From the IMG/VR virus record IMGVR_UViG_3300008107_010192, positions 11,507-75,506 of that record: a DNA stretch of 64,000 nt, one strand, 5' to 3'. The DNA comes from a virus. Taxonomy: Duplodnaviria > Heunggongvirae > Uroviricota > Caudoviricetes. Positions 63,994-64,000 of the stretch are shown here, piece after piece (the stretch's first letter is position 1; each line of letters starts with the position of its first letter). The notes beneath the pieces are model-generated. The model was not told the DNA's origin. It made no database searches and was given only the letters and a program-made list of their open reading frames with translations. A program made the position numbers and the translations under genes.

Positions 63994-64000
63994 CTTCTCC
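63795..64000. repeat. tandem short-period DNA repeat (6/12/18-nt units CCTTCA/CCTTCT/CCCTCG)
   Basis: Plus strand reads ccttcaccttcaccttctcc... continuously to the window edge. Confidence 0.6.

Noticed and set aside
63795-64000. CRISPR array
   Set aside because: The repeats are contiguous 6-18-nt tandem units without unique spacers, and they are coding (KEKV protein). No CRISPR-like repeat-spacer structure is present anywhere in the window.

Overview
AT-rich (~33% GC), densely packed 64-kb window that looks like part of a large (jumbo-type) dsDNA bacteriophage genome or a phage-derived region. All function calls come from motif and pattern recognition by eye; I ran no database searches or folding.

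Three kinds of evidence support a phage reading. There are at least 22 tRNA genes in several arrays. A tmRNA (ssrA-like) gene is present. A very long collagen-like (Gly-X-Y) fibre protein carries a C-terminal intramolecular-chaperone (peptidase S74-type) self-cleavage module typical of phage tail fibres and tailspikes. The tRNAs look bacterial: an initiator-type tRNA with a 1x72 mismatch, a tRNA-His with an encoded G-1, and a tRNA-Tyr with a long variable arm. An endolysin-like CHAP peptidase, a GH73 glucosaminidase and a non-specific endonuclease are also present.

The window splits at a strand-switch region (32462..32569) that carries operator-like palindromes.

Left of it, ~32 kb is transcribed leftward and is built from repeated paralogous families:
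- six SGNH/GDSL-like hydrolases, alternating with five to seven 2OG-Fe(II) oxygenases of the prolyl-hydroxylase type;
- two tandem SET-domain proteins;
- a protein ending in a Hint (intein/hedgehog-like) autoprocessing domain;
- a small-molecule module: an APS-kinase-like P-loop kinase, a DUF2061-like membrane protein, an HxGH nucleotidyltransferase, a HAD phosphatase, a GatZ/KbaZ-like protein, a shikimate-dehydrogenase-like enzyme and a cupin-nucleotidyltransferase-APH-kinase tri-domain fusion;
- five radical-SAM paralogs that share an unusual N-terminal 4-Cys module;
- two GT7 (beta4GalT-like) glycosyltransferases fused to LamG-like domains;
- other GT-A-like proteins and methyltransferases.

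The rightward part has four groups:
- a calcineurin-like phosphatase, an SPFH protein and a GMP-reductase-like gene;
- a second sugar-tailoring cluster: GT-A enzymes, a GT2-radical-SAM fusion, a Gfo/Idh/MocA oxidoreductase, an ATP-grasp enzyme, an IscA-type Fe-S carrier and a PAP2 phosphatase;
- the frameshifted collagen-like fibre gene, then tRNA arrays interleaved with GT32-like and other glycosyltransferase genes;
- lysis-type genes and a UDP-galactopyranose mutase.

The most novel-looking content is the iterated hydrolase/oxygenase/radical-SAM/glycosyltransferase island. It may form an undescribed glycan- or fibre-tailoring system.
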